Source of the DNA: a virus
Lineage: Duplodnaviria; Caudoviricetes
DNA length: 64,000 nt
Virus record (IMG/VR): IMGVR_UViG_3300017700_000409
Span: 9,240-73,239 of that record
Direction: 5' to 3' (one strand)
The position numbers and the translations under genes are program-made. Below the pieces are notes generated by a model. That model saw only the letters and a program-made list of their open reading frames with translations, ran no database searches and was not told where the DNA came from. Positions 18,162 through 28,608 of this stretch are shown here, piece after piece (within the stretch, counting starts at the first letter, position 1; every line of letters begins with the position of its first letter).

Positions 18162-18457
18162 TTCGCCCAAGCCCGGGCACTAGCCCAAGACCATTTGTTA
18201 GAGCCCCCTAGAGCATTACCGAATGCCTTGAGGGTAGCGGACTGGGGCTTGCGGGTTCCTCCCTCAAACCATCCATGGACAGTGTTAGGGCTAACCCTCG
18301 ACCGGCGGCAAGCCTCCCGGATGACCCAACCTTTCGAGACGTTGTTTGCTTTCGCTAAGTCATCGACCCGCGTGCGCATGACGTCAATCTCCGGGTCCTT
18401 CTCTTTAAAGAAGTATGTGGGATAAACCCCTGCGGCTTTCAAAATACCTCGGGCCAT
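18158..18457 (-). CDS. XRE/Cro-like HTH protein
   Basis: SRVSPNTVHGWFEGGTRKPQSATLKAFGNALG. Confidence 0.7.
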   Translation of the reverse strand: MARGILKAAGVYPTYFFKEKDPEIDVMRTRVDDLAKANNVSKGWVIREACRRSRVSPNTVHGWFEGGTRKPQSATLKAFGNALGGSNKWSWASARAWAK

Positions 18458-18458
18458 A

Positions 18459-18782
18459 TTACACCTTCACCCATTGTCCGCGCTTCGGATGCTTCACTAG
18501 TTTCAACCGCACAAGAGAGCGGAGGTGAAACCCGGCAGTGCCGGCGAGCATCTTTCCAATCCTCCCAAGCTCCACGGTACGGTAGACGATGCCCTTGTGC
18601 ATGTTCCCATAGATACGCATTTGGGCAGAGGTCAACTCAGGAATATCTCCCCGTTCCTTCGTTTCGATGACGGGGGAGAATTCAGGGCAGATCGTAATGC
18701 CGGCCTCGACCATCTTGCGGAGGAAGCCGCCGACATCTGTGTCCTCGATCCGGAAGATGATGTTTGTTACATTGGTATTCAT
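18459..18782 (-). CDS. Winged-helix hypothetical protein
   Basis: LTSAQMRIY...AGFHLRSLVRLKLV..KRGQW pattern. Confidence 0.5.
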   Translation of the reverse strand: MNTNVTNIIFRIEDTDVGGFLRKMVEAGITICPEFSPVIETKERGDIPELTSAQMRIYGNMHKGIVYRTVELGRIGKMLAGTAGFHLRSLVRLKLVKHPKRGQWVKV

Positions 18783-18784
18783 AG

Positions 18785-21684
18785 CTATGTTCCTTTCTTT
18801 TGCTTCGCCTCTAGTTTCTTGAATTTCTTCACATCTCTATCAAGCTCCTTTGCCCGGTGCCGAAGTTCAAAAGCAACATCTTCGGTTATCCAGGTTACAC
18901 AGCCGAGACAAAGGCATTCCCCCTCTTCATTAGGAGGGTCACGCGGGTCTTCATAAAATGGTAGCGGCTTTTTATCTCCGCACTCGATACATTCCATCTT
19001 TCTCTTCGCCATTACAAGCACTCCCAAGCAGATCGAAGAGAGCCCTGCGCCTTCTTAAGATACTCAAGAACATCCGGCCTTTGGTTTTCGGTTCTTCCTT
19101 CAAGCTCTCGCGAAAGCTCCTTTACAACTTGTTCCAGGCGCTTGATGCGGAGGTTCAATGCCTCATTTGGCATACCTTTAAAATTAGCCATAGCTCATGA
19201 TCCTTTCTTTGGGTTCAATACCGGGTGGAATGGATTATCGTGCTGTAGGTCTAATACCACCTCCCGGGCTCGCTCTGTCTGCGCCTCCAGGTCTTCCACC
19301 CGCTCTAGGGCTACCTTGTATTGGGCGGCTATCCCGGCTTGTTGCTCATCCCACTCCTTCTTCCCGGCCTCGGTCTTTAGCTCATAGTAATCGGTTTGGA
19401 TGAGGCGCTTGAGTTGATTGATCAATCGCTTGGCTACCTCGACCGATTTAGTGCGGGAGTAGAACTCTTCTTTCACGAAGATGTTGTGCCACCCTTCGCG
19501 GTCTGTGTAGGCGTAGATGTCCCCGGGAAGGTAGTCCACCATGACGAGAGCAAGCACCTTATACTTCTCTCGCCTCTCGGGATCGAAGAACTCAGCGCGA
19601 TTGGGCATTGAGGCCTCTCCCTTTGTTTAGAGCTTCGCAGATTAGCTTCGCTTCATCTTCGTAGAAGCCCGAGCCTTGATAAAAAAGTCCGATGCTTAGA
19701 CCGTATTTTTTACAAACTGGCGCCCCACACTGACACTTTACCGGGGCAATAGGGGTTAGACCGAAAGCTTGTATCAGCTTGTCCTTTAGGGTCGGGAGGG
19801 GTTGTTTTTTACCCTCTCTCATCGCCTTCTCGCCTCCCCAATCGATATTATGTACAGCCCTGGCGGCATAGCCAGCCTTCTCATGGTGTTGGCAAAAGTC
19901 GCTTCCTCTCTTCGCTATTTTTGCGCAGCGATGGGCGGGAGGGCGAGCGACTTCAAACTGACACTGCCGTTTCTCCCATCCTTTCTTTAGAGGCCGAACG
20001 GTCATGCTTCGGTCCTTTCACAAATGAACTTGTTGCGCCTCTCGACTTCCCGCCGCGTCATCTTACACTTTCGGCAATAGCTTGCGTTTATGTCATCGCC
20101 TTCCGTGAACCAATGAAGCCTCTTTCTCCCGGGCGGGGCTTTTGAATATACAGTTACCATTTCACCTCCCCTCCCTCTTCATTTTCTGGTTGGCTTTCTC
20201 TTTGTCGCGAGCCCGCTGAATTGCTCGGCTAACATCGTTGCGGTGGTCCCAGCACCCAGCTAGGACTTCCCGCGCGAATGTGTGTTCGCCATCGGCTCGC
20301 GCCATCTTCGCAATCTCCTCGCGCCCGATTTCATCTGGGGTCTTGTTCGTATTCATTTATCACCTGTTGAAATATCTATCGCCGCATTAAGCCGACTGCT
20401 TGCCGTCAATAGATTATCTGTTTCATCAGCACGGGCGATTTTAGAAATACGGCTAAGCCTTATTTCCTTTTCATTTATCTGATCCGCGAAGAAGATGATA
20501 TCCACCTCCATCCAGGCGCCCATCCGTTGACTGGCAATAAATTGCTCACCTGTCTCTAGGTCATTACAAGCGATCCATTTCGGGCAGTCAGAAGAACTAG
20601 TCCACTTCGTCATGACCTGGCACTGGACGTATCTTCCATTGCGCCGGACAATCTCGCGGGTTGGGTATACTCTCGGGTCTTCGGGCTTCGGCGGCTCGCT
20701 CATCTTTTTTATCTTGGCTAGCTCCAACCGGGCGTATCGGTGTTCATCTAGGAAGTCGAGGCAGCGGAAGACATCGACCTTGAACCCGTCTCCGAGCTTG
20801 GAGAAAAATTCAGAACCTCCCGGGACAAGCTTGAGGAGCCGCTGGCCGAGTTCATGAAGCTCATCATCCGTTAGCTCCACAACAGCGTCGCCCTTCCTAG
20901 ACTTCCGCGCAACAGCTTGTAGGATGTCGTACAGCCGCACCATGCTGTCCGGGGAGGTAGAGAGGGCTAGGGTGGCCTCCCGAACGCGCAAGGCGGTCGA
21001 GGCACGGCCTGACTGCTCATATTCCCCAGCTAAGGTCTGGAGCGCGAAGAGGAGAGCGTTGGATTTTTGAAGTTCGTTCATGTTCATATTCCTTTCTAAA
21101 TCTCATTCCACGGGAAGCGAGGAGATACAATCTTAAGCCGCATGTGCCGCTTACAGTCATAAAGCCGAGGCTGGTAGACCCCGCCAAACTCTTCGCGCCT
21201 CCCGCTAGTTGCATATTCAAGAGCATCAGCGAGACGGCGGAAGCGGGCTTCATTCCGCCCATCTTCATTCCGCCAGATTAAGAGGAAGCGACCTTCCATC
21301 ATCATTCGCCTGTGGAAGTTATCATGGGCGCTTTCTTCCCATACGTTTTCTGGATATCCAAACTGGTCCATATTAAATATCCTCCAAGGTTCTAATGACG
21401 CGCAGGCCGTTCTTCCCTACGACAAAGAGCATGCGGCGAGGGTTTGACCTCTTGTATTCAATCGCATCTCCCTTGTTGCGGAATTTTATGCGATCAGGTT
21501 CCCCGCCCCGCTTGTCTACGAAGCTTGTGACTTCGTAGTGGCTAGGATTTTTCAAAGCCTCTTGCTCAGCTGCCGTAAGCGGGGAGGGTTTCAAAGTCAT
21601 CTCCTGTGTTGTTAGAATTATTACCGGCCTCCATGAAATCCGAGGGTCGAGGTCAAACCACTCTTCTAAGGTTGTTTGTTTCAT
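18785..21684 (-). other. Run of small hypothetical early genes (18785-19027, 19195-19608, 19592-20005, 20162-20356, 20353-21087, 21096-21371, 21373-21684)
   Basis: Contiguous same-strand ORFs with SD sequences and short overlaps; no family recognised. Confidence 0.55.
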
Positions 21685-21693
21685 GTCTTCCCC

Positions 21694-22071
21694 CTAACAC
21701 CCGAACCGTCTTTCAGCGGCCTGAATAGCATCCATCTCTGCTATAGCCTCTCGCTCATTATCGTAGGCTTTTATCTGCTCCTTCGTGCACTTCGCTCTAT
21801 CGAGGACGGCGATGACCCGCTGGCCTTCGCACCTGTAGCAAGCTACGTCATAAGCCCCGCCTAGATAGTCGGCCTTGAAGTCGGGGTCTTGATCGAAGTC
21901 CTCTTGGGTTAGGCCGTTCCCATCTATCGAAGGGTTGACGTGCGTTCCTTTCCCTGAACACCTTGGACACACCTTGAACTTAGTAGGGAGAGTTACTTCA
22001 ACCTCTTCCATCGCTCCATTGATACTGATCATCATGAAGGTGGTGCATTCTTGCTTATTTTTCATTTCCAT
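21694..22071 (-). CDS. DnaJ-type zinc-finger-containing hypothetical protein
   Basis: CPRCSGKG and CYRCEG repeats. Confidence 0.6.
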   Translation of the reverse strand: MEMKNKQECTTFMMISINGAMEEVEVTLPTKFKVCPRCSGKGTHVNPSIDGNGLTQEDFDQDPDFKADYLGGAYDVACYRCEGQRVIAVLDRAKCTKEQIKAYDNEREAIAEMDAIQAAERRFGC

Positions 22072-22076
22072 TACTC

Positions 22077-23150
22077 CTATTTGACTTGCTTGAGAGGATC
22101 GTAACCAACCTGTTGGTTGAGAGAAATTTTCTCGGCTCTCGCGTGACCTGCGTTGAAGGCCCCGTGGTCGCGCTTTGCGGCCTCGCGTTCTTCCTTGCGG
22201 TCTTGGCGCTCCCAGTACTTCCGGTTGCTTTCCTCTTCCTTGGCCTTTTCCTTCGCGGCCTTCTCGATGATGCGGGCGTAGAGCTTAGGATGGAAGATAG
22301 CGAGGCATTCCATCCCTTCGGCTTCATAGCGTTCTTCCCGCTCAATCTTGGCGTAATACTTCGCCATAGCGTCGGGATCGACAACTTGTCGCGCTTGCCG
22401 TCTCGCCCAGGCCCCTTCGCCATAGCGAGCGTCATAGTTGCCGGCTTCTTCCGATGCGGCATAGTCCGCCAACACCAAGGCGGTCCCGGTCGAGGGAGCC
22501 GAGGCGGGGTGTGCGGCCCGTCTCTCTTCTTCCTTCGCCTTCTTCTGGCGCTCTAGGTCAACGCGGTCCCGCTCCTCTTGGATACGGTCGATCAGGTTCG
22601 CCACAGCACCCTCGCGGAAGTTCATTGCTTTCCGGGAGAAGAGCATTGTTGAATCATAGTTGTACTCGGCCATCCACTCCCGAAGAAGGCGTTCAATTGC
22701 CTGGTCGAGATATCCAACCATTACCTTCGTCATTGCGACGTTGACCTTGCGGCCGATGAGCTTGTGGACCGGGCGAAGAATACGGAAATTTTCCGGGCAT
22801 CCTTGCGACTTCCATTCCCGCCGGTCATTTGAGTTTTTCGGAGGAAGCTGCGATTGAATCATCTCCTTCGTGATCCAGTGCATGCAGAAGTTGAGCTTGG
22901 CGACAGCTGCGTATAAGTCGTGGTTGTATTTGTAGAAGCTACCTTCCACGGCTTCCTTCTCGCGCTTTTCGTCCGTGGCTCCGGACTTCCGCTCAATCGA
23001 CCCCATGTCCAGGTTGTGCTGGGTCATGATCTCCTGGGCCTTCGCGGCCGCAGATGCCGCTTCTTCCGCATTGGGGTTGTTGCTCGCGAGCTTAAGGAGC
23101 TTCACAACGCGGTCGAGGATTTTGTTCATGTCAGGTGTGTTATTAGACAT
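22077..23150 (-). CDS. DUF2786-domain protein
   Basis: KILDRVVKLLKLASNNPNAEEAASAAAKAQEIM N-terminus. Confidence 0.8.
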   Translation of the reverse strand: MSNNTPDMNKILDRVVKLLKLASNNPNAEEAASAAAKAQEIMTQHNLDMGSIERKSGATDEKREKEAVEGSFYKYNHDLYAAVAKLNFCMHWITKEMIQSQLPPKNSNDRREWKSQGCPENFRILRPVHKLIGRKVNVAMTKVMVGYLDQAIERLLREWMAEYNYDSTMLFSRKAMNFREGAVANLIDRIQEERDRVDLERQKKAKEEERRAAHPASAPSTGTALVLADYAASEEAGNYDARYGEGAWARRQARQVVDPDAMAKYYAKIEREERYEAEGMECLAIFHPKLYARIIEKAAKEKAKEEESNRKYWERQDRKEEREAAKRDHGAFNAGHARAEKISLNQQVGYDPLKQVK

Positions 23151-23161
23151 GTGGTTATTCC

Positions 23162-24838
23162 TTATTTGCTATTCGGGTGAGGGATGACGGTGTCGGAGTA
23201 AATCTTGTCCCGGGTAACAACGGACATGATCCCGCGTTCAAGAAGCTCTTCCACCTCGACAGGGTGGATGTCCTGGCCGATCTTATAGCGGATAGTGTTG
23301 AAGGCCTCGATGACGCGGAAGCCCAAGCGTACATCCGGCTTGCCGGAGGCGGCAGAGCCGTAGACTTCGTTGACGATGATCTTCTTTTGTAGGTTAGCCA
23401 TTTTAATTCCTTCCTTGGAGGATGCGTTGAAATTTAACGATGGACCATTTTATTGAGCGAATTTTTCCTTTCGATGGGTTAGGGAATTTAGACAAGGCTT
23501 GAAGTTCAAGGTCCAACGCTTGTATGCGCTTTTTAGCAAACTCGCGGCGCTGAAGCGTTGATGGTTCTGTTCTTCTCATTTCAATTCTCCTAGCGCAAGA
23601 CGATTGCTGAAATAGTTTCCCCACTCTCATCATCCTCGATGAGTTTCGGCATGTTGTGATATGATGAATGTTTTACGGGCATTTCTTCTATGCTAGAGAC
23701 TTCCGGGGCCACAACTGTTTTCCAATAGTCTCCATAGTTGTAGGCGAAGTGGACGGGGAGGTTTTTGTCTAACCCCTTAAGTTGTTCAATCAATTCTCCA
23801 ACGGTCATCTTATGTTCCTTTTTAAGTTAGCCGAAAACCATGAAGCCTTTTTGGGCGATGTGTATTGCGGCAACGTTTGCGTCACGGCCCTGTCCCTGAG
23901 GGTTGGCGAAGATCGCAGTGAACCGATGCTCCCGGTTGAGGACGATTATGTGACGCTCTTTGTCGAAGCCGTATTTTTTGATGTGCTTTTTCAAAAGGTC
24001 TTCGGTTGCGTATGAGCGGGAGTGGTCGATGTTGTTGAGAGCTTCCATCTTATTTTTCCTTCCAGGTGCGAAGCCAAATATTTATGAAGCCGTCAGCGAA
24101 CCAGACGGCCTCCGGGTCGTTGCTATCTCCGAGGAGGAAGAGACGCCCACCACACTCGAAAGTCTCCTTGTTCATGCAGAGCATCTTTAGCTTCTGGCAT
24201 ATCTCTTCCAGAACCTCGATGTTACATTTTGAAAGTCGCACCCTTGCAACGAAGGTGTCGACTTCAGCGTTTGTCGAGTGGAAACTTACATCGACATCTA
24301 TCATCAAATTATTCACGCTGAATAATTCTTTGGTGATTTCGTGAGCGACTTTCTTTTTGAGAGTTTCTCTATCCATTTTCATCTCCCTACGGTTGGCCGA
24401 TAGCGTGAGCGACTTTGTTCGCAATCTCTTGATCGTCTTGCGAAGGGTCGCGGTGGATTTCCTCTAGCGCCATATCAGCGGCATCGTCAATGTCGTAGTC
24501 CTTGAGAACGATCAGCGCGATGTCTTCGGCTCTAGTCCAGATTGTCCGTCCCATTTTAGTTCTCCCTAGATGTGCTTATGAAAAACAGCCCAGAAGATTA
24601 GCTTGGAGTTTTTAATTCCAATCCACATCGGCCCGAGGCCCGCTCCAATTATCCTTTCGCAGTCTTGCCTTAAAGTCTGTAAGCTGCTTGAATCAGCGAT
24701 GTTGCCCATTGTATCTATGATAGAACTTGAGAACTCGATGCCTTTATCATTTACAACAACCTGCCCATCAATAAAGATGTTGATGCATTTATTAGCAGCG
24801 CGGAGAAGTTCATTCTGTGATTTTTTTGTAATTTTCAT
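23162..24838 (-). other. Run of small hypothetical early genes (23162-23401, 23403-23633, 23590-23808, 23827-24048, 24050-24382, 24387-24554, 24566-24838)
   Basis: Tandem ORFs, most preceded by AAGGA/GGAG SD. Confidence 0.55.
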
Positions 24839-24904
24839 TTGATGTTCCTTTCTTGAGAGGCTTACTGGCCATCATCGTCAGCGCTGTGGAGCCATCCACA
24901 ACGT

Positions 24905-24936
24905 AAAAGAGCGGACCAACCGGCCCGCTCTCTTTT
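24905..24936. terminator. Bidirectional intrinsic terminator-like hairpin
   Basis: AAAAGAGCGGACC-AACC-GGCCCGCTCTCTTTT; stem flanked by A-run and T-run. Confidence 0.65.
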
Positions 24937-25450
24937 CGATTTTGTAAGCTGTTTAGTTTTTAGAAGCCCGAGGCGCGTGCCCAGGGGGAGACGGGTGTAT
25001 TTAATCAGGCGGTCATTCTCCGGTAGAGAACGATCCTGTACCCGGGCAAGCCCCTGGGCACTCGTCTCGGGCCTCTAACGTATGCGCGTTCAACTGAGCT
25101 TCACAGCGGCAGTCACGTATCGCATTTATCTTCCGGCTTGGCCGGGTCCTAAGTCCTAGAGCTAATGCGACTGGCGCTCGCTCCTCGGGCTTCGATGTCG
25201 CGTGCTGACTAGGGGTCTGGGCTCCCTGTCTCACCTCGCCTCGGTAGGGCTTCGCCCTTCGCCTGATGCCCTAGTCCCGCGCTGTGCGCTAGAGGGCCTG
25301 TCCTGGCTACCGTTGCGGGCCTCTAGTTGCGCTTTCTTCCGGGAACATTTCTAAGTCTCCTCCGGGTTCGCAACCAGTCAGCTTTCGCGTCCCCCGTATT
25401 TGTCCGCCCCGGGGGAGGGGTCGGGAGGGGCTCCGTAGGCCCGTCCTTCG
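24937..25450 (-). ncRNA. Putative structured non-coding RNA / leader
   Basis: About 500 nt without a long credible ORF; several hairpins; bounded by TATATATTA (25461-25469) and a terminator. Confidence 0.35.
24961..25077. repeat. 27-bp inverted repeat (24/27)
   Basis: TAGAAGCCCGAGGCGCGTGCCCAGGGG (24961-24987) pairs with CCCCTGGGCACTCGTCTCGGGCCTCTA (25051-25077). Confidence 0.85.
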
Positions 25451-25570
25451 ATTAAGAGTGTAATATATAGAGTGTAGGGCTCAAAACCCTATTTCAGCCA
25501 TATTCCCCAACAAAACAAGCAATTCACTATCCGCCCGGGGCCTATTCGGCTCAAAACCGGCCTCGGGGCC

Positions 25571-25765
25571 CTAGTCGTGGCGGGCGGGTATCGGTTCGTC
25601 CTTTTGTTCTTCTTGTTCGTGGAGAAGACGGCGCACCAGTTCCGCTTCTTTGTGAAACTCTGGAGAGAATATAGCAACCGGAATTCCATGCCCTGGGTGT
25701 GGAGAGCGGAACAAATGAATTGAGCCGTGGTCAGAGAGGTGTGTTGTCCAGCGATACATCTTCAT
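25571..25765 (-). CDS. Hypothetical protein
   Basis: SD AAGGGA before ATG; 64 aa. Confidence 0.5.
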   Translation of the reverse strand: MKMYRWTTHLSDHGSIHLFRSPHPGHGIPVAIFSPEFHKEAELVRRLLHEQEEQKDEPIPARHD

Positions 25766-25857
25766 TCCCTTTCTTTGTAGCGAAGCGGGGTGCGCCAGCA
25801 AGACTTCCTTAAAGGGAGGAAGCGTTGACGGGCCTAGCGCACCCCTCTCCTCGGCTC

Positions 25858-26847
25858 TTAGAACTTCCCGTCACCTTGCGCGGCTCTGTCCGCGTCACGG
25901 TTCTCGTCAGTGTAGTTCATCCGGACTTCGCCCTTGTTGATGCTATCTTTGAATTGCTCAGCGCGGTTGACGATATCTTCCCCGCCCGGCAGATCGAAGG
26001 TCAGGAAGCTTTCATCATCCGGGTGATCGGCGGGTTTGTAAACCTGAACCTTCCACGACATCCAGTCGCCATCGTCATTGCTTTCGGGTTGCGTCGTGAG
26101 ACGATACGGACGGAAGTACATTTCCGGATTGTAGGTTCCGCTCTCGCCTTCTCCCTTCGGCTCCTGCCAGCCTTGGATCAAGGAGTTGAGGCGCTTGGCC
26201 GCTTTCCAGTTGCTAGAGGTCATCGAGATGATGCACTCATCGGCCTTGCCGCTTTCGGGATCAACCAAGAACCCGAAGTAATCGCCTGACTCAACGATCT
26301 GCTCCTTGCCGCCGGCAAGAAGGTTGCGGCCCTTCTTGTCCGTCTCGACAACGAGCGCCATTGCGCCCTTTTCGTCCTGGCCCCAGTCCTTCACGAAGCC
26401 ACCGCCATCGCCTTCCTTGCCGCGAAGCTTCCACTGGGTCCAGCGGCGAGTGTACTTCGTGGGAACGAAAATGATGCCCTCTTCGCCATCGAAAAGATCA
26501 GCATTAGCGTTGTTGTAAATCATCCCTTCCGCTGCGCCATCCACAAACTTGTCGCTGCTCTTAACGCAAGGTTGCGACTTCGCTTGGAGGATAACAACGA
26601 ACGGGATCAGAAGGTCACGCTGCTCAAAGCCGTGGCCTTTAGTCTTAGAAGCAGCCGCAAGCATCCGGCTCCTGGCGTCTCCGGTCGTCAGGGCCGTACT
26701 TCCCTTGGAGCGGTTAGCAACAGCGCGGCTCCCCGAGGAAGCGTTGCCGGCTTCCGGCTTGGTCTTGTTGTTCTTCGTTTTGGCTTTGGCTGCTGCGGCC
26801 TTCGCGGCTTTATCAGCAGCGGCTTTCTTCGGATCAATTTTTCCCAT
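25858..26847 (-). CDS. Putative single-stranded DNA-binding protein with Lys/Ala-rich N-terminal tail
   Basis: DLLIPFVVILQAKS, AKRLNSLI and YRLTTQPESNDDGDWMSW patterns of phage SSBs; acidic C-terminus; replication cluster. Confidence 0.7.
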   Translation of the reverse strand: MGKIDPKKAAADKAAKAAAAKAKTKNNKTKPEAGNASSGSRAVANRSKGSTALTTGDARSRMLAAASKTKGHGFEQRDLLIPFVVILQAKSQPCVKSSDKFVDGAAEGMIYNNANADLFDGEEGIIFVPTKYTRRWTQWKLRGKEGDGGGFVKDWGQDEKGAMALVVETDKKGRNLLAGGKEQIVESGDYFGFLVDPESGKADECIISMTSSNWKAAKRLNSLIQGWQEPKGEGESGTYNPEMYFRPYRLTTQPESNDDGDWMSWKVQVYKPADHPDDESFLTFDLPGGEDIVNRAEQFKDSINKGEVRMNYTDENRDADRAAQGDGKF

Positions 26848-26852
26848 AGCAC

Positions 26853-27092
26853 TTATTCCCTTATTAGATTTTCGATGCCTTTTTCAACCGCCAGCCACTC
26901 CGGCATTGTGAAGATGTGGCCATCGCGTTTAACAATACTCATCGGTAAAAATAAAATCTCTTCCTTGGCGACTAGCGCCTGCCTCATTCCTTTCTTGTAG
27001 TTAGGATTTTTAACAATGTAGGACGCTGGGCCGTCCTTCTCATATACAAGTTCAATTTCAACCAGCCGTTTACTACCGCGCCCCGCCATCAT
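26853..27092 (-). CDS. Hypothetical protein
   Basis: FLPMSIV...FTMPEWLAVEKGI pattern common in phage small proteins. Confidence 0.55.
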   Translation of the reverse strand: MMAGRGSKRLVEIELVYEKDGPASYIVKNPNYKKGMRQALVAKEEILFLPMSIVKRDGHIFTMPEWLAVEKGIENLIRE

Positions 27093-27714
27093 CACCCCTC
27101 TTCGGAAAATCAATGCGAACAAAAACCCCCGTCTCTCCATCGAAGACATCAAAAGGAATATCCTTGCCTGCCTTAAGCCGCTCGCGGAAGAACGCCTGGA
27201 GCGTTTGCGGGTGGACCCGTTCTTTCAATTCAACAACAGCCTTGCCCCCCTTCTTAAGCTGCTCAAAGAATTTGCGAGCTAGGGCTGAATCGTTACGGGA
27301 GAACTTTCCAATCAGTTCGCACTTCAGAAGGTCCTCCGCCTTCCACTTCTTCAAGAGGCCCAGTGCAGTTTTGAGCTTCTTCGGTTCCTTGGGCCAAGTC
27401 CCGGTGAGGTAGCTATCCAACTCTAAGTGAGCGCCTGAATCTTGATCTGTGAAATCTCGGATGCCCGCTTCAGCGAAGACGGCGGGGAGAGTTTTTCTTT
27501 GCATCTCCAACATCTTTGACCGGATTTCATCGCAAGAGGTTTCGAGCGCATTCAATTCTCCTTGCAACGCTTCGTATTCCGCGACGCACCTGTGTACTTG
27601 CTTAAGGTCTTTGTTGCTGGCCTTGACCGTCCGCGCGAACATGTCGCGCTTTTGATCCGACTTCTTATCCTTCTTCGCGGGGGCTTTTGCCGCCGCTTTC
27701 TTCTTTGACGCCAT
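27073..27714 (-). CDS. Conserved phage replication-module protein
   Basis: Coiled-coil plus VHPQTLQAFFRE motif; upstream of SSB; basic N-terminal tail. Confidence 0.65.
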   Translation of the reverse strand: MASKKKAAAKAPAKKDKKSDQKRDMFARTVKASNKDLKQVHRCVAEYEALQGELNALETSCDEIRSKMLEMQRKTLPAVFAEAGIRDFTDQDSGAHLELDSYLTGTWPKEPKKLKTALGLLKKWKAEDLLKCELIGKFSRNDSALARKFFEQLKKGGKAVVELKERVHPQTLQAFFRERLKAGKDIPFDVFDGETGVFVRIDFPKRGDDGGAR

Positions 27715-27730
27715 AACGGATGTTCCTTTC

Positions 27731-28093
27731 TTAGATGTAGATGATTTTTGTTGGTGTATAAAAGCCGCCTTTAGTTCTTTCTCCTTCCGTGTCTCGCTCG
27801 CGCTCCCACCGGAGCCAATTGATTGGTTCCTTCATCATGTTCTCTCGGGCGAAGACCATCCCCGCCAGGAACAATCCAGCCGGGTCCGCGAGGCCGTAAG
27901 CAATATAATCATCCGGGTGGTAGTCCTTAAGGGCCTTCTTCAATTTGAATAGCGCGGGCCCGGGCATCCGGCCTGGGTGGTCTTGCGGGGTAAGGATCGG
28001 CATAACAGTTCCATAACGTTGAGCAGAGCTTAGGTCAGCGTTTTGCGACCAACTCTCTTGTATCAACCAAACCTTTGGTTCACGTTCACTCAA
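27731..28093 (-). CDS. Hypothetical alpha/beta protein, paralogue of 50639-51004
   Basis: Shared VxLxQE, AxxxGT, DYI..xDP and WLR(W/F) blocks. Confidence 0.65.
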   Translation of the reverse strand: MSEREPKVWLIQESWSQNADLSSAQRYGTVMPILTPQDHPGRMPGPALFKLKKALKDYHPDDYIAYGLADPAGLFLAGMVFARENMMKEPINWLRWERERDTEGERTKGGFYTPTKIIYI

Positions 28094-28132
28094 ATCAATT
28101 CTCCTTTCTCGGGAGATTATAGAAGGGAAATT

Positions 28133-28525
28133 TTAACCAAGTCTTCCACGTTTAAACGGTCCTGCTATTGCGCGACTTAGCGAGGTATAACGGGTGTCCC
28201 CGCTAAACCAGTTCCACTCATGTGTATTCATCCATCTTACCAGTACGTACTTCTCCCCGGGCCATCCGCCTATATCAGAGAAGAATGGAATTTGCGGGGC
28301 CTCTAGTCCTAATTCAAACATGTGAGTGCGGTTAGGCGGGCACTTCGCAAGCTCCTTCACCTCTACAAAAAACTGCCGTCCTTTATCGGGTCCTTTGTAG
28401 ATATCGAGGCGCGGAGAAACCCAAACGATGTAATCAGGTATTCCACGCATCCCATGAAGACGCTTCCAAACACCAGGGAACTCGCCCCGCTCAATAGCAG
28501 CATAACAGTTGCCTTCATTTACCAT
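28133..28525 (-). CDS. PD-(D/E)xK nuclease (VRR-NUC/resolvase-like)
   Basis: GIPDYIV...FFVEVKE motif. Confidence 0.7.
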   Translation of the reverse strand: MVNEGNCYAAIERGEFPGVWKRLHGMRGIPDYIVWVSPRLDIYKGPDKGRQFFVEVKELAKCPPNRTHMFELGLEAPQIPFFSDIGGWPGEKYVLVRWMNTHEWNWFSGDTRYTSLSRAIAGPFKRGRLG

Positions 28526-28608
28526 CGGTCGTTTCCTTACATCCGCCCCCTAGTGAATCATAATCCAGGTATATCGTCTCCCACTCCTCCATCTCATCTT
28601 CGGAGGCC

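Noticed and set aside
16239-24838. Known anti-defence proteins (Acb2, Tad1/Tad2, Acr, Ocr) among small early genes
   Set aside because: No recognisable signature by eye; absence cannot be established without profile searches.
24860-24905. Hammerhead-like core on the - strand (9-bp stem followed by CUGACGA, later GAAA)
   Set aside because: Stem II and stem III cannot be closed canonically, so it is not called a ribozyme. An Infernal scan would settle it.
24937-25450. Possible tmRNA, tRNA or RNase P RNA
   Set aside because: No tRNA-like acceptor/T-arm, no ANDN..ALAA-type tag and no GAGGAAAGUCC motif found.
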